Of a stretch of DNA of 64,000 bases, positions 9,477 through 18,756 are shown piece after piece. Position numbers and translations under genes: made by a program. The notes beneath the pieces were generated by a model. The model did no database searches and was not told the DNA's origin. It saw only the letters and a program-made list of their open reading frames with translations. This stretch comes from an uncultured archaeon (GTDB lineage Archaea > Thermoplasmatota > Thermoplasmata > Thermoplasmatales > Thermoplasmataceae): NCBI GenBank assembly GCA_000965745.1, contig CP009479.1, positions 1,664,001 to 1,728,000 on the forward strand, written 5' to 3'. Position 1 is the first letter of the stretch, and each line of letters opens with the position of its first letter.

Positions 9477-12400
9477 TTGGTTACGATAGTGGCGACTGTA
9501 ATGGTACTGTCGGCCCTGGTGGTTTTCTTTGAATCCCCGGGTCCCGGCAACGTTCAGGCGGCCACTGCCGGCAATCAAGTGCTCAATATAGTAAATGGAG
9601 ACAATCAGAACTCGCCCTCTGTGACATCTCAGCCACTGGACGATGCTACTGTTCTAAAACTACTCAGTGAGAACGGAGTTCCCACGAAGTATGCTTACCT
9701 TCCAAACTTCAACTTCAACAGCACATCTTCTGCAGCAGTGAATCCACTTTATGAGAGATCACCCGCACCAATAGGGGTATCTGACTATGGGTATTCTACG
9801 AATTCCGGTGTGAAGACGACCTACTCATACGACACAAATGGATTCCTGGGGTCATTCATGTATGAAGGAATGGACCCTTTCTACCTGCAGAACAACAATC
9901 CGGGAACAGTTGCAATTCAGCTCAACTCTGTCCTTAACCACGTAACTGTCCAGGGCAACTCTAGCTACGTTTTCTGGATACAGAACGTGATGCTGTTCAC
10001 GCCGAGTGAACACACCATGCAGATCGTGGCAAACATATGGAGTTTCTCAACCCCAGGAATGCAGTTCCCAGGCAATGCGATCCTCTCAGGTAACGGAGCG
10101 GTTATACCCGGACTTTTCTACTATTCTGTGGGCCCGCTTCTCACCAATCTGCCTGAAGCGTTTACAACAATTGTTTATGCTGACTCCGTGATGAATGGCC
10201 TGAACAATGCTGTGGATTTCAAGTATGAAGTAACGGGAACGGAATCCAGCTCTACTGTCCCCATCACGACCTATGACACAGTGACTTTCAACTCGGTGGT
10301 TCCTGGAGCTGTTCTTCCTGCACCGGCCGCAAAGTTCCACGTAAGTGGTACAGCTACGACACCGGCGGGCTACCTCTATGACTCAGAACTAGTTGTAACA
10401 GGGCCTGGAAGCGGCAGCACTTCCACAATGTACGCAGCCAACGGCCAGCTAAAGCTTCAGTTCAAGAACAGTGCTGGAACATACAATAACGTTCCAGCCG
10501 CTTACAACTTCGGCTCGAATACCGGCGAAACAATACAGGGCCTCTCTTCCTGGTGGACCTCGACCCAGAGTCCAATAGCTCATCTAAGCCTTGGTCCGTC
10601 GATTCTGGTCCCACTGTGGGGTTCAGATGTGACCCGATCCGGCGCAACTAATGTGCAGGGAACACTCGATCCGCCGAACTCATTCATGTTCATAAGCGCG
10701 GGAACTTCCTTTGACAGCACGACAGCAGCCTGGGCTCCAGTGAGTCAGAACGGCTCTTTTACCTTTGCACTGCCCGGCGGCCTGACATACTCTGCCAAAG
10801 TCATGATGAGTGAGTTTGTAGCGCAGACCTTCAACCCGATGTTTGCAGAAGAAGAGACTAATGAGACTGACGGAGGAGGGCCACCGAGTGACGTTGGGGG
10901 CGGCGGAGATGAAAACGAAACAGCGGCTTACTTCAATGTAACACTCAGTTTAGACAAAAGTACGGGAATATACACACCACTTTATGCATATGGCAATGAC
11001 CAGGTCAAGTACCTTACGCTCGGAAACTCCAACGTTACCGGACCCGTGAGTGCTAAGAACCTGACGCCTGGCATGATAGCCGGAGCAGGAACACCTGGAG
11101 ATCCATACCTGATAGAGAACAACCAGTACAGGCAGCTTGACCAGCTGTTTGCACGGACCAATGGCTTCATGTTCCCGGTATTCTCAGGAATAATGCTTGT
11201 TGGCACCAACGCATCGGTTGAAATCAATAATCCTGCACCTTTCGCAGTCCAGTATCCCGCAACCATGGCGTCAACGCTCCAGAACTTTGGCCTGCCCTAT
11301 TCCAACAACCTGAACCTGATGTTCTACAACACATCAAGTGTCGCAGTGTTTGGAGGGACGTCAATAACGGGATGGTTCAGTTCGTCACTGGCAGGATTCC
11401 CTGCAGCCAGCCTCATGTTCTGGAATTCGACTGATTTCCTGGTAGGGGGCAACCACTTCAATACCATGAGCAATGGCCTGTTGGTGTACAACGGTAATGG
11501 GGCTGATTCCAACGGTGTCGTCTGGGGCAACTATTTCGTCAAGAACCATATATCAGGCAGCACCTACGCACCACATCTGCTCAATGGGACTGATCCGGTT
11601 GGTGTCATGATTCTTGGCTCCGGGAATCTGGTTTACAATAACTACTTTGGTCTTGAATCGTCTGCCTACAGCCCGGACACCGACATATACACAGGTGGCC
11701 AGGCGAGCTATTCCAACAACTGGGACCTCGGATCCAAGCTGCCTACTAACTACACCAATACTGTCTTAGGGCACGTTCTCACAGGAGTTATTGTGCAGGT
11801 ATCATACCAGGGAGGAAATTACTGGTCCAGCTTCGACGGAAATATTCCCTTCACCGACAGCGGCAGGATTGCAAGCGGTGGAGACTACTACCCCCTGATA
11901 GTCCCAAAATATGACGTGACATTTGCAAGCACTGGACTTCCATCAGGGCTATCCTGGACCGTTACCCTGGATGACACCACAGTCATTTCGACCTCCTCCA
12001 CGATAGTGATTCAGGCTGAAAACGGAACGCATTCCTTCAAGATAGGAAAACCACAGAACTATATGGCTACCCCATCAACAGGCACTGCAATTGTGAATGG
12101 AGAGAACATAATCAAGGATATCACGTTCTCCCTGATTGAATTCCAGGTTACCTTTACGCAGTCCGGACACCCTGCAGGGGCACTTTGGACTGTTAACCTG
12201 AATGGTGATGTCAAAACCTCCACTGGTAGCACTATCACATACATGAAGGACAATGGCACATACAGCTACTATATTACCGGGCACTCCCATTACACAGCAA
12301 CGCCTGATTCAGGGAAGATACTGGTCTACGGTGCTGATGCTTTAGAAAGCATTACATTTGTGAATACGACTTATTCTATTGTGTTCATGGCGAGTGGCAT

Positions 12401-12935
12401 GCCTTCCGGAAGCCATTGGGGAGTGACTGTAAACGGTATAGTGCACACCACTGACGCAGCGAGCATGTCTGTAATGGTGTCAAATGGAACCTATTCCTAC
12501 ACAATTGCACCACCTGCAGGATATGACGCTTCACCTGCAAGCGGAATGCTCCTGATCCTTGGGAGCGATGTGACGGTTGAAGTCCAGTTCACCGAAAAGA
12601 CTTACCCTGTCGTGTTCGATGTCAGAGGAATACCCAGTGGAACAGAATGGGGAGTGACCTTCAATGGCCAGGATTTCAACACGACTACGTCCTCCATAAC
12701 CTTTGACGTGGTGAATGGAAACTACAACTATACGGTTACTTCGGTGAACGGGTATACAGCACAGGTAAGCCAGGACAGTGTAACTGTAAATGACCAGGGC
12801 ATAACGGTAGAGGTTCAGTACCAGCAGAATCCCAACCACCTCATGACTGCAGGCCTGATGGGTGGAGGGGCAGCAGCCGGCATTGGTGCAGGCATAGCAG
12901 TTGCCTACATGTTATGGAGAAAGCCCCCAGCCTGA
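9450..12935 (+). CDS. Thermopsin-family (peptidase A5) surface protease with four C-terminal repeats and TM anchor
   Basis: PAPIGVSDYG, IQLNSVL, FWIQNV, DSELVVTGPGSG and GSNTGET are thermopsin motifs; beta-helix-like middle region (GGNYWS...GGDYYPL); repeats and anchor at the C-terminus. Confidence 0.9.
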   Translation: MDTSNKNRVLVTIVATVMVLSALVVFFESPGPGNVQAATAGNQVLNIVNGDNQNSPSVTSQPLDDATVLKLLSENGVPTKYAYLPNFNFNSTSSAAVNPLYERSPAPIGVSDYGYSTNSGVKTTYSYDTNGFLGSFMYEGMDPFYLQNNNPGTVAIQLNSVLNHVTVQGNSSYVFWIQNVMLFTPSEHTMQIVANIWSFSTPGMQFPGNAILSGNGAVIPGLFYYSVGPLLTNLPEAFTTIVYADSVMNGLNNAVDFKYEVTGTESSSTVPITTYDTVTFNSVVPGAVLPAPAAKFHVSGTATTPAGYLYDSELVVTGPGSGSTSTMYAANGQLKLQFKNSAGTYNNVPAAYNFGSNTGETIQGLSSWWTSTQSPIAHLSLGPSILVPLWGSDVTRSGATNVQGTLDPPNSFMFISAGTSFDSTTAAWAPVSQNGSFTFALPGGLTYSAKVMMSEFVAQTFNPMFAEEETNETDGGGPPSDVGGGGDENETAAYFNVTLSLDKSTGIYTPLYAYGNDQVKYLTLGNSNVTGPVSAKNLTPGMIAGAGTPGDPYLIENNQYRQLDQLFARTNGFMFPVFSGIMLVGTNASVEINNPAPFAVQYPATMASTLQNFGLPYSNNLNLMFYNTSSVAVFGGTSITGWFSSSLAGFPAASLMFWNSTDFLVGGNHFNTMSNGLLVYNGNGADSNGVVWGNYFVKNHISGSTYAPHLLNGTDPVGVMILGSGNLVYNNYFGLESSAYSPDTDIYTGGQASYSNNWDLGSKLPTNYTNTVLGHVLTGVIVQVSYQGGNYWSSFDGNIPFTDSGRIASGGDYYPLIVPKYDVTFASTGLPSGLSWTVTLDDTTVISTSSTIVIQAENGTHSFKIGKPQNYMATPSTGTAIVNGENIIKDITFSLIEFQVTFTQSGHPAGALWTVNLNGDVKTSTGSTITYMKDNGTYSYYITGHSHYTATPDSGKILVYGADALESITFVNTTYSIVFMASGMPSGSHWGVTVNGIVHTTDAASMSVMVSNGTYSYTIAPPAGYDASPASGMLLILGSDVTVEVQFTEKTYPVVFDVRGIPSGTEWGVTFNGQDFNTTTSSITFDVVNGNYNYTVTSVNGYTAQVSQDSVTVNDQGITVEVQYQQNPNHLMTAGLMGGGAAAGIGAGIAVAYMLWRKPPA

Positions 12936-13080
12936 TATTTAAATAATCCAACAAATTTTTTTACTCATTTTCAGGCATTAAAGAACAGTTTCCCCGTGTC
13001 AGGACGATTCGCGTTCCACGTTGTTAAGGCTACCGTTTGAATAGATACATGAGAATAGAACCGAAGGCAGGTATTCGATT

Positions 13081-13461
13081 GTGAAGGCTAACAGGTTATC
13101 TGATTACGTCTGGGTCATGATCGGAGTAGCGTCATTTGTGATTGCAGGGGTGTTGGTCCTGGCAACCCTGTTCGGGCCATTCAGGCCTTACTACTATGGG
13201 TACTATGGAATGATGGGGAGTTACGGCATGGGATTATTCCCCATTGTCTGGTTCGGCGCAATAGCACTCGTGATCCTGCTTGTTTACCTTCTCTTTTCCC
13301 TGACCCAAAAGGGGTATGGCCCAGATAGCACCGCCAAACCGAAAGACATACTGAAAAAGCGCCTGGCAACTGGAGAAATCAGCAGGGATGAATTCGAGGA
13401 GAGAATTGCCGCACTGGATAATTCGGAAGATCATCATACCACAGGCAAGAAGGTCGATTAG
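13081..13461 (+). CDS. SHOCT-domain membrane protein
   Basis: Two TMs around a GMMG motif; ILKKRLATGEISRDEFEER is the SHOCT signature. Confidence 0.85.
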   Translation: MKANRLSDYVWVMIGVASFVIAGVLVLATLFGPFRPYYYGYYGMMGSYGMGLFPIVWFGAIALVILLVYLLFSLTQKGYGPDSTAKPKDILKKRLATGEISRDEFEERIAALDNSEDHHTTGKKVD

Positions 13462-13462
13462 C

Positions 13463-14041
13463 ATGAGAATTCACAAACTTTTCGGAATAGCAGGCATCAT
13501 TACGCTAGTTGTTGTCGGAATTCTGCTTTCAGCCTTTCCGCAATTATATTCTGCCGTCCCGCAGCAGGACACTTCAACGATCACGGAGAATCAGCTAAAT
13601 GAATCTCTTGCTGCACCAGCCGGTGTCGTTGTTTCAAATAATTCGATAAACATCACAATCGATGCTGCTGTACTGATAGAGACCGGCCCCATGGGAGCGA
13701 ATGCAAGCATGTTTTCTTTCCTTGTCTATGGACAGGATAATCCTGTCCTGAACGTCAAGCAAGGGGTTTCAGTAAAATTCATGGTTGTAAACATCGATAC
13801 AGACGCAATACATAACTTTGCGATTACAACAATGGCGCCACCATACCCTGACATGGGACCGGGCATGATGTTCAACAGTGGTGAAATGTTTAACACACCC
13901 TACCTGGATCCCCATGCTGGACCGGGATACTCAATCTACAATGGTACATTCCACGCTGGGCACACTGGTAGTTACTGGTATGTGTGTGATGAATTCGGGC
14001 ATGCGTCAGACGGCATGTACGGCTGGTTGAATGTTTACTGA
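13463..14041 (+). CDS. Rusticyanin/sulfocyanin-like type-1 blue copper protein, membrane-anchored
   Basis: N-terminal TM; NPVLNV...HNFAITTMAPPYP and YWYVCDEFGHASDGMYG supply the His/Cys/His/Met ligands with rusticyanin spacing; start ATG 13463. Confidence 0.85.
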   Translation: MRIHKLFGIAGIITLVVVGILLSAFPQLYSAVPQQDTSTITENQLNESLAAPAGVVVSNNSINITIDAAVLIETGPMGANASMFSFLVYGQDNPVLNVKQGVSVKFMVVNIDTDAIHNFAITTMAPPYPDMGPGMMFNSGEMFNTPYLDPHAGPGYSIYNGTFHAGHTGSYWYVCDEFGHASDGMYGWLNVY

Positions 14042-14094
14042 AGCCTGCAAACGTCACAGTTGATGCCCCGGAAGTTCGGGACACCTGTGATGAA

Positions 14095-14817
14095 TCAGCG
14101 CTGCCTCCATCTTGTAAGATATCTTGCCAGTGCGTAATAAAAAACTGTCTGCGCGACCATGAAATACGCCATTCCCATGTGGAAGGGTGCTAGATGGAAA
14201 ACTCCCTGTGCCAGTATAGCAGCAGGAGTGGCAGGCGATATTGCGAGAGCATAGATGGCCACCTGCGGCAGGTACGTATAAGGATAGAAGGTGGGAGGAA
14301 GCACTGTCATCACCACCGAGAGAATGCCCGCTATACCCCAGACGTTTCTTATATGGCCTATGCTGCTCGCTATTATGAAGGATATAGCTGAAGTTGACAT
14401 CACAAGAGTTATCAGGATCAGTGCCAGAGCAAGGGCGCTGATGAGAGTGAAAAGGTGATAGTATGTCCCAAGCGCAACGTAGAGGATTATGCCCGGAAAT
14501 GAAAACACAAGGTAGCTCATGGTGAGTCCAAGTATGTAATCCACAGGCGTGATAGAACTTGCCACAAAGAGGTCCTGAATTCTCAGTTGAAGCCTGAAAA
14601 AGGCTGCATCACCGGAGCTGGACAATGCAACTGATGCCACAAGCCCGATAAAACCACCTATTATGGCATACTTAACGAGGGTTCCTGCCGATATTATGTA
14701 TATTATGAAAAGAAGTGTCAGTGGTGCACTCAGGGATGCAATAATGTAGGACGGCCCGCGAATTATTGTCCTGAAACCATAGTACCATGCCAGAAGGCCG
14801 ACAAACCTAAGATTCAA
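14095..14817 (-). CDS. ABC-2 type exporter permease
   Basis: Six TMs, PPTFYP motif, overlaps the ATPase gene. Confidence 0.85.
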   Translation of the reverse strand: MNLRFVGLLAWYYGFRTIIRGPSYIIASLSAPLTLLFIIYIISAGTLVKYAIIGGFIGLVASVALSSSGDAAFFRLQLRIQDLFVASSITPVDYILGLTMSYLVFSFPGIILYVALGTYYHLFTLISALALALILITLVMSTSAISFIIASSIGHIRNVWGIAGILSVVMTVLPPTFYPYTYLPQVAIYALAISPATPAAILAQGVFHLAPFHMGMAYFMVAQTVFYYALARYLTRWRQR

Positions 14818-15646
14818 GTGCCATCCCTCTGCTTATAAAAAGGTCATCCAGCGTGATTCGTTTGATGTTGTAACCTTCACCGAGGTACTTTTCCGCGTCC
14901 TCTTCCTTTACGTATTTAATGTATAACCTTCCTATCTGGAGGCCCTTTTCCTGCGGGACTGTGGTTTCGACTCTTACAAGCCCCTTGAATCTTGAGAGAA
15001 GAGACTTTACGTTTCCTTTTTCGAGCACTTTCCCACCATGGATCATTACCACCTCATCGGAAAGTTCGTGCGCCTCGTCCATATAATGTGTTGTCAGGAT
15101 CACGTTCCCTTCGAGCTGCCTGATTGCAGACCAGACTTCCATTCTTGAAAGCGGGTCCAGGCCGGTTGTCGGCTCATCGAGAAATATCGTATCAACATTA
15201 GCTGAAAGGGCCATTGCAACGAACACCTTCCTCTTCATGCCTCCGGACAGGGTGTCCGAGGGCTTATGCTTGAATTCGCGCAGCTCAAGCTGGTCGAGGG
15301 AGATGTTCGCGTTTCGTTCCGCCTCTGACATGGACATGCCCCTCCCCACCAGGTACAGCTTGACATGCTCAAATGGAGTAAGAATACCTATCGGAGATGC
15401 TTCCTGTGGAATACTTACAATGTTCTTTCTGATTTGAGAAGCATTCTTCATTATATCCAGGCCATTTATCTCAGCTTTTCCGGAAGTTGGTTCAAGCTGA
15501 GTCGAAAGGATTCTGATAAGGGTTGTCTTGCCTGCACCATTCATCCCGATTACCGCGGTCACTCTTTCATCAAGGTCTAAAGTAATTCCATGAAGGGCAA
15601 CTGTCCCATTGCGGTACCTTTTAACAATCTCATCAGTCCTTATCAT
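14807..15646 (-). CDS. ABC exporter ATP-binding protein
   Basis: GMNGAGKT, LSGGMKRK, FLDEPTTGLD, TTHYMDEA. Confidence 0.95.
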   Translation of the reverse strand: MIRTDEIVKRYRNGTVALHGITLDLDERVTAVIGMNGAGKTTLIRILSTQLEPTSGKAEINGLDIMKNASQIRKNIVSIPQEASPIGILTPFEHVKLYLVGRGMSMSEAERNANISLDQLELREFKHKPSDTLSGGMKRKVFVAMALSANVDTIFLDEPTTGLDPLSRMEVWSAIRQLEGNVILTTHYMDEAHELSDEVVMIHGGKVLEKGNVKSLLSRFKGLVRVETTVPQEKGLQIGRLYIKYVKEEDAEKYLGEGYNIKRITLDDLFISRGMALES

Positions 15647-15767
15647 GAATATTCTCTTCCAGTAATACTGCCAGCCAGATTCAGAAATATCATAACCGGT
15701 TTAAAACTATTTGATGCGCCCATAGATCATAGCCTCAACAGGTGGTGCAGAATGTACCAACAGACTT

Positions 15768-16046
15768 ATGAACTCCTCTTTTTACAATATTCATGTGGAA
15801 GAAACCGGAAATCACAGCGCAGTGCACATAAGATACCTGGTTCGACTTGCAGTTGGGACCATTGTTCTCTTTACAGGCACAGATCTTCTTATAGCAGGGG
15901 ACAGCATGAGATCAGGTTACGGACGCTCTGTCTTCTCATTCCCTTTCATACTTTCTGGCCTGGGTGCGGCGTTCATAATCTATTCACTGTTTATCTTCTT
16001 CAACGTTGTCAGGTCTCCAGGAATTCTCGGAAACCCAGAATCTTAA
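15768..16046 (+). CDS. Small two-TM hypothetical membrane protein
   Basis: Two hydrophobic segments; occupies otherwise empty space. Confidence 0.5.
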   Translation: MNSSFYNIHVEETGNHSAVHIRYLVRLAVGTIVLFTGTDLLIAGDSMRSGYGRSVFSFPFILSGLGAAFIIYSLFIFFNVVRSPGILGNPES

Positions 16047-16085
16047 GCTGAATATCAAAAAAAATGGAATAAAAAGGTGAGAAAA

Positions 16086-16256
16086 TCAGCCATATTCGGG
16101 TTGTTCTTCATCTTCATTAACGTATGACACCTCACGCTCTTCCTGCCTTTGCCTCTCACTCACAAGAGTCCATCGATCGTCTATTCGCCTAAAAACGAGC
16201 GGCTTTGTTTGGTGTATCGTAATTTCTTCCCTCTTTTTCAGCCTCCAGAGAGCCAT
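16086..16256 (-). CDS. Small hypothetical protein, 56 aa (not in the ORF track)
   Basis: MALWRLKKREEITIHQTKPLVFRRIDDRWTLVSERQRQEEREVSYVNEDEEQPEYG*; AT-rich upstream region and T-tracts immediately downstream. Confidence 0.55.
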   Translation of the reverse strand: MALWRLKKREEITIHQTKPLVFRRIDDRWTLVSERQRQEEREVSYVNEDEEQPEYG

Positions 16257-16431
16257 TTACAGAACGCCTAATCTACTCATTCTAATCTGCTATTTCAACT
16301 TTGCTAATAATATATATTTTCTGAATATATTAACATGATTAAATACACTACCATATACACTAGTTTCTCTAGATCATTACATTTAGGATTAAGATAAATT
16401 TGTTAATATAATGCCCTGATAATCTGTAGGC

Positions 16432-16557
16432 ATGGCGAAGATAGCGCACAAGAAAACAGAGAAAAAGGCTGGCGTGTGAGAGTCGTGTTGTGTTGAAGGT
16501 TTTTTTATGGGGTTGGGCAATCACTGCAACTACCATGGGATACAAGGCGTAGAATGA
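16432..16557 (+). pseudogene. Small Cys/His-rich ORF interrupted by an in-frame TGA (or a recoded peptide)
   Basis: MAKIAHKKTEKKAGV-TGA-ESCCVEGFFMGLGNHCNYHGIQGVE*; TTAATATA about 22 nt upstream of the ATG. Confidence 0.35.
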
Positions 16558-16595
16558 GATGGTTGATGAAAGATGAATATGGCCATGACCAGGCC

Positions 16596-16838
16596 GTGAT
16601 ATCCTCCCCGCCCTATCGAAGGGGCTTCCCGCTTCCCAGACCTGAGTTACCCATGCAGGTGGCCCTGATCGCCGCAGGCGTAACTTCAGGAGCGCCCCTT
16701 CCTGCCTTTTCCAGTGATCGCATCTGAAATCTCTCACCGAGGGATTCATTTCTTCCTTCTTATATCCGCTGCCTGCGGGCAGGTCAGAGATCTGTACCTT
16801 CCATTCCCTTTCAGAAGGGGATTTCCCGCTCAATTTTG
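16596..16838 (-). mobile_element. Non-autonomous IS200/IS605-family miniature element (243 bp), copy 2
   Basis: Minus strand: TTTAA|CAAAATTGAGCGGGAAATCCCCTTCTGAAAGGGA ... GAAGTTACGCCTGCGG ... GGAAGCGGGAAGCCCCTTCGATAGGGCGGGGAGGATATCAC; same ends as copy 1 with a divergent interior. Confidence 0.85.
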
Positions 16839-17299
16839 TTAAAAAGAACCAACCGGTACTCCTATTTCATGCTTTTTTCACTTGGACAGAAGCGCAAGTT
16901 TGGTTGAAATTTCCAGGAACTTTGAAGACAGTGTCTTCAACTTCATACCTTCTTTGCCTGGAGCTCCCGCTGTACCGGCAAGTTTCAGAAAGGAGTTCCG
17001 ACATCCGCCATTATCTCAGTTGAGTTCATGGTACGCTTTCCTTTCAGGCCATCCTTCAATGGTGGATCTACTGTCAAAAAACACTGAACCTGGAGATTAT
17101 GGGAGCAATTAAGCACATACTGTCACATTATAAGTTTCTCCTCGGGGCAAATATATTCAAAGAGTGCTTTATCATTATACTTTCAGACACTTCGACACTT
17201 CTATTCCTCATGATGTATCCTGAAAATCGGTCAACCAATAAGTACTAAAAGTCGATCCTGAAAGGTTATTAGTGCCTCACCTGACGAGGTGCGGGGTGG

Positions 17300-18748
17300 A
17301 TGCAATCAATGGTAGAGCGCAAGAGCATGGTGCTGGTCAGTGTTCTGCTCGGGACACTGATGTCGGCCATAGATGCAACAATAGTGATACTCGCAATTCC
17401 AACTATTACAGACGACCTGAGCACCTCGCTCTTTCTGTCAATATGGACTATTATCCTGTATCTCCTGGTTCTAGCAGTGCTTACAACACAACTTGGGAGC
17501 ATGAGTGATACATACGGAAGAAGAAAGCTATTCATTGTGGGCTTTGTGATTTTCACCATAGGTTCCGGGCTATCAGGCGCATCCCCGGACATACTGCTCC
17601 TGATAATCTTCAGAGGTCTTCAGGGGATTGGTGCAGCAATGATCCAGGCAAATGGTGGCGCAATTATCGCAGACACCTATGAAGCAAAGGAACGTGGAAG
17701 GGCTTTTGGCTTCATCTCTCTCGGCTGGAACATCGGCGGGGTCCTTGGAATCGTGCTAGGCGGCATAATCACCACATTCGTGGGCTGGCGCTTCATATTC
17801 TATATAAACATTCCCATTGGAATTCTCGGTGTTTATCTCGGCTGGAGATACATCAAACCAAGCGAGAGGCTCCCTTCGAAAATAGACCTAAGGGGGATGC
17901 TGTACCTGGCGGCCTCACTCTCGGCCATTTCCTACGGGGCAACAGACATCGCAGGGCAAGGAACCAGCCTGTTCAACATCTCACTCATTGTTGCAGGATT
18001 CCTGATTCTCGCCCCATTCATTCTTGCAGAAAGAAAAGTACCCAACCCTATTATAAACCTCAAGGCATTCAGCAACAGGATTCTCACATTCTCTCTCATT
18101 GCGGCCATGTCGCAGGCAATTGGATACATCTCCGTTGTCTTCATTCTGATTATGTATCTGCAGGGAATCCGTGGGTTGACGCCTTTTCAGGCAGGACTTC
18201 TTCTTGTCCCGGGCTATGTGATCGCAAGCTTCCTGTCACCCAGGATGGGGCACTACTCAGACATAGTGGGTCCGAGAATAATGGCCACATTGGGGATATT
18301 TCTAATGGCAGTGGGCGTGCTGTTTTATTTCTTCCTTGGCGTCAACACTACCTACTGGGTCGTAATTGCGGGGTCCTTAGTGTCTGGCATAGGGGCATCA
18401 ATGTTCTGGCCGGCAAACAATTCCTCTGTAATGTCCAGTGCGCCCATGGAGATATACGGCTCAATATCTGGGCTTCTTAGAACACTCTCAAACATAGGCA
18501 CTCTATTCAGTTTTGTAATGGCAATATCGGTGGCCTCTGCATCGGTTCCCAGGCAGGTTGCCTTTGAGGTTTTTGCGGGAACAAGCAATCTCGTTGGCGG
18601 CGTGACTACGAAGTTCCTCGGAGGGATACACTCAGCACTGCTCATATCAATACTGATTCTCGTGGTTGCAGGCATGCTCTCAATTCTCAGGGGAAGCAAG
18701 CAGATAAAAGAGGAAACAAAAAAAGGACCGAAAGTAACGAATAAATAA
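17300..18748 (+). CDS. MFS drug:H+ antiporter (DHA2/EmrB-like, 14 TM)
   Basis: IDATIVILAIP, SDTYGRRK, RGLQGIGAA, WRFIFYINIPIG. Confidence 0.9.
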   Translation: MQSMVERKSMVLVSVLLGTLMSAIDATIVILAIPTITDDLSTSLFLSIWTIILYLLVLAVLTTQLGSMSDTYGRRKLFIVGFVIFTIGSGLSGASPDILLLIIFRGLQGIGAAMIQANGGAIIADTYEAKERGRAFGFISLGWNIGGVLGIVLGGIITTFVGWRFIFYINIPIGILGVYLGWRYIKPSERLPSKIDLRGMLYLAASLSAISYGATDIAGQGTSLFNISLIVAGFLILAPFILAERKVPNPIINLKAFSNRILTFSLIAAMSQAIGYISVVFILIMYLQGIRGLTPFQAGLLLVPGYVIASFLSPRMGHYSDIVGPRIMATLGIFLMAVGVLFYFFLGVNTTYWVVIAGSLVSGIGASMFWPANNSSVMSSAPMEIYGSISGLLRTLSNIGTLFSFVMAISVASASVPRQVAFEVFAGTSNLVGGVTTKFLGGIHSALLISILILVVAGMLSILRGSKQIKEETKKGPKVTNK

Positions 18749-18756
18749 GGTTTGAG

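Noticed and set aside
8170-12840. CRISPR-like or tandem DNA repeats
   Set aside because: The repetition is at the protein-domain level (about 77 aa) with degenerate DNA; no repeat-spacer array was seen anywhere in the window
16369-16833. 154-aa minus-strand ORF
   Set aside because: It spans miniature element 2 and its flank and has no recognisable protein features; not a transposase
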